Positions 61,396 through 64,000 of a stretch of 64,000 nt of DNA are shown piece after piece; the stretch's first letter is position 1, and each line of letters begins with the position of its first letter. The notes under the pieces were generated by a model that did no database searches, had not been told where the DNA came from, and was given only the letters and a program-made list of their open reading frames with translations. The stretch comes from Candidatus Bathyarchaeota archaeon (GTDB lineage Archaea; Thermoproteota; Bathyarchaeia; 40CM-2-53-6), in contig CAVPLU010000013.1 of assembly GCA_963706285.1 (NCBI GenBank), positions 1-64,000 of the forward strand, read 5' to 3'. The translations under genes were made by a program, and so were the position numbers.

Positions 61396-64000
61396 TCACT
61401 TCAGAGCTAGCTCGACCCATGCTGTCCCGTCGTTCGAGTCGCGTCTGTGAAATCCTAATTCTTCACATATTCTGAGCATCGCTTGGTTGTCGGTTAATAC
61501 GAACCCGTAGATCTTCTCAAGCTCTTTCTCTTGACCTATACCTATGACCATGTCGACAAGCTTGTAGCCTAATCCTTTGCTCTGATAATCGTCGTGCACA
61601 ACAACGGCGAATTCGCCCTTCTTGAAATCCGTCTCGACAATCAATCTTCCAATGCCAACTATTCTCCTCTTCTCTCCCTGTCTCACTTCTGCCACAATCG
61701 CTATCTCGCGATCGTAGTCGATGTTGCAGTATCTCAGCACCATCTCATGACTGACCTTAGTGACTTGGAAGAACCTGCCTCTAAGCGTCTCTTCACTAAG
61801 TGTTGTAAGCATCTCAAATTCCAAAGGCTCGTCCTCAGGCCTAATCGGTCTCAGAAGGACTTCTGTGCCATCTGTCATCTTCCAAGGGGTCACGTATCGC
61901 GTCGGGTATGGAGAAATAACCAAATGCGAATACGGCGACGGCCTCGCAAGGGCATTCTTGTCGATTACTATTCTTGCGTCAAGGGCGTACGCTTTCCCCT
62001 CCGATATTGCGAGTGGGTTTACGTCTATCTCAGCAATTTCCGGAAAGTCCACGATTAGATTTGAGAATCTGACAATTATCTCTTCCAACTGCCTCATGTC
62101 GGCTCCGGCTTTTCCTCTAAAGCCTTGGAGCATCTTGTGAACTTTGGTGTCTTCCATCAGTCTCCGTGCTAATGTTTGATTCAGAGGTGGCAATCCAATA
62201 GAGAAATCTCTGATTACTTCGGCGCCCGTACCGCCGTATCCAAACAGTATCACTGAGCCGAAATCTCGGTCTTTTCTAGCTCCAAGTATGAGCTCGTAAT
62301 CTATCTTCTCGATCATCTTCTGAACTGTCACGCCTGATATCTTAGCTTCTGGGTGTTTGGTCTTGACGCGTTGCATCATAGCCTCATATTCTGACCTCAG
62401 TTTCTTCTCCGAATCTATTCCAGTCACAACGCCACCGACGTCGGTCTTGTGGATGATCTGAGGAGATGCGATCTTGAGGACAATGGGATATCCGATTTCA
62501 TCCGCTAGACGGACCGCGCCGTCGGCATTATGAGCCAAGTATGGTTTGGTCGTCGGGATTCCGTAGTTGCTGAGGAATCTCTTAGAATCCTTCTCACTGA
62601 CTGCGGTTGTCCCTTCCTTTGCGAGTCTTGCTATGAGTGCTTTCAAGTTGCTTTTTGGAGGTGCCTGATCTACGGAAAGTTCAGCCGGAGTCTCGTACAG
62701 TAGCTCGAGATTCCTTCCGTATTTGTACATGTAAACATAGGTTTTGACTGCATCTTCGGGTGTATCGTAGGCCGGTATGTTGCTCTTCGCGAAGACTGTC
62801 CTTGCCTCACGAACCCCCTCTCCGCCCATCCATGTAGCGAGTATTGGCTTCCAAGCATTCTTTGCCACTTCAACAATCTCTCTTGCAAGATCTAGCGGCT
62901 TGGCTGCACCTTGAGGCGTGTATACGACAAGAACTCCATCCACCTCAGGATCGTTCAGGCACACATTCAACGCGTTGACATATCTGTCAACGCCCGCATC
63001 TCCAAGGACATCAATTGGGTTACCCCGACTCCAATAGCCTGGAAGGACGGAATTGAGCTGTCTTATGGTTTCATCTGAGAGCTTCGCCAGTTGGCCTCCC
63101 AGCTCGATCAGCTCGTCAGTCGCCATCACGCCAGGTCCGCCGGCGTTGGTGACGATTCCAAGCCTTTGCCCACGGGGCAAATGCTTTGAGTCAAGCACTG
63201 TTGCGGAGTTGAACAGATCACCTACTTCTTTCACCCTGACTACGCCCGCCCTCTTGAAGGCGGCATCGTAGACCTCGTCGTCACTTGCCATAGCGCCAGT
63301 GTGAGAAAGTGCTGCTTTGGCGCTTTCCGCGAATCTACCCGGTTTCACGACAATTATCGGTTTTGTACGCGCGAATCCTTTGGCGGCACTCATGAATTTC
63401 CTTGCGTTCCCAACACCTTCCATGTAGATCATGATGCTTCTAGTGTTCGGGTCGTCACCGAGGAAATCGATCAGATCGCCAAAATCCACATCAATCATTG
63501 AACCGAGCGAGGCAAACATGCTGAAGCCTATGTGCGAGTCTACGGCCCAATCAAGCATTGCGCTGCCTAACGCACCGCTTTGCGAGATGAATGCGATATT
63601 GCCGCGCTCCGGTCGAGTCTTCAGAAACGATCCGTTCAGATCGATATTTGGGCGAATTATGCCAACGCAGTTGGGCCCGATGATTCTCATCCCGTACTTT
63701 TTCCGGATCTCCGCTATCTGATCTTCGAGTCGTTTTCCGTCTTCACCAATCTCCTTGAATCCAGCTGAAATTATTACTGCACCCGCCGCGCCAGCTTTTC
63801 CGCACTGTTCTACCACCTCCGGCACGATACGCGCGGGAGTCGCTACCACTGCAAGATCAATTTGATCCGGCACTTGGGAGATATCTGGATAACACTGGAT
63901 TCCCAACACCGCGCTTCTGTTCGGGTTGATTGGATAGATCTTCCTATTCTTTGAAAGCAGGAGATTTTCCATGATAGCTCTTCCGACGCTGCCTTCCTTC
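61396..64000 (-). CDS. NDP-forming acyl-CoA synthetase / GNAT acetyltransferase fusion (PatZ/Pka-like), 5' end beyond the window
   Basis: IIGPNCVG, SQSGALG, SHTGA, TNAGGPG, NPIDVLGDA, HKTDVGGV, C-terminal GNAT (YQSKGLG). Confidence 0.92.
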   Translation of the reverse strand, partial: KEGSVGRAIMENLLLSKNRKIYPINPNRSAVLGIQCYPDISQVPDQIDLAVVATPARIVPEVVEQCGKAGAAGAVIISAGFKEIGEDGKRLEDQIAEIRKKYGMRIIGPNCVGIIRPNIDLNGSFLKTRPERGNIAFISQSGALGSAMLDWAVDSHIGFSMFASLGSMIDVDFGDLIDFLGDDPNTRSIMIYMEGVGNARKFMSAAKGFARTKPIIVVKPGRFAESAKAALSHTGAMASDDEVYDAAFKRAGVVRVKEVGDLFNSATVLDSKHLPRGQRLGIVTNAGGPGVMATDELIELGGQLAKLSDETIRQLNSVLPGYWSRGNPIDVLGDAGVDRYVNALNVCLNDPEVDGVLVVYTPQGAAKPLDLAREIVEVAKNAWKPILATWMGGEGVREARTVFAKSNIPAYDTPEDAVKTYVYMYKYGRNLELLYETPAELSVDQAPPKSNLKALIARLAKEGTTAVSEKDSKRFLSNYGIPTTKPYLAHNADGAVRLADEIGYPIVLKIASPQIIHKTDVGGVVTGIDSEKKLRSEYEAMMQRVKTKHPEAKISGVTVQKMIEKIDYELILGARKDRDFGSVILFGYGGTGAEVIRDFSIGLPPLNQTLARRLMEDTKVHKMLQGFRGKAGADMRQLEEIIVRFSNLIVDFPEIAEIDVNPLAISEGKAYALDARIVIDKNALARPSPYSHLVISPYPTRYVTPWKMTDGTEVLLRPIRPEDEPLEFEMLTTLSEETLRGRFFQVTKVSHEMVLRYCNIDYDREIAIVAEVRQGEKRRIVGIGRLIVETDFKKGEFAVVVHDDYQSKGLGYKLVDMVIGIGQEKELEKIYGFVLTDNQAMLRICEELGFHRRDSNDGTAWVELALK

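Noticed and set aside
56729-64000. Genomic island integrated at the tRNA-Gly 3' end
   Set aside because: No integrase and no duplicated tRNA 3' end noticed within the window.
1-64000. Numerous antisense or overlapping ORFs in the six-frame track
   Set aside because: They are shadows of well-supported genes on the other strand or frame and carry no motifs.

Overview
Archaeal chromosome segment, most consistent with a TACK lineage such as Bathyarchaeia (inferred from L13e, an eL22-like gene, and CFI-box/PVGG-type C-terminal sorting motifs). It is dominated by core information-processing genes: a split exosome/proteasome/RNase P superoperon, KEOPS, cysS, ileS, TFB, FEN1, DNA ligase, ECF transporter and EF-2. 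About a dozen genes carry single-base (+1) frameshifts that look like long-read errors. These also explain two apparent fusions (Rrp41-Rrp42 and L13e-IPK). The strongest signal is RNA-level. The EF-2 gene is interrupted just before its P-loop by a 28-nt insertion that folds into a bulge-helix-bulge (BHB) motif; excision at the canonical endonuclease cut sites restores QIRNIGIIAHVDHGKT, so it is a candidate tRNA-type intron in an essential mRNA. About 1.7 kb past EF-2 lies a tRNA-Gly(CCC) with three BHB introns (3/4, 15/16, 29/30), several C-where-U-is-expected positions, and a leader complementary to its own 3' end. Also notable is a three-gene SMC5/6-like operon (short SMC ATPase, putative kleisin, MAGE/Nse3-like KITE). 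All calls come from reading the sequence by eye; no searches or folding programs were run.
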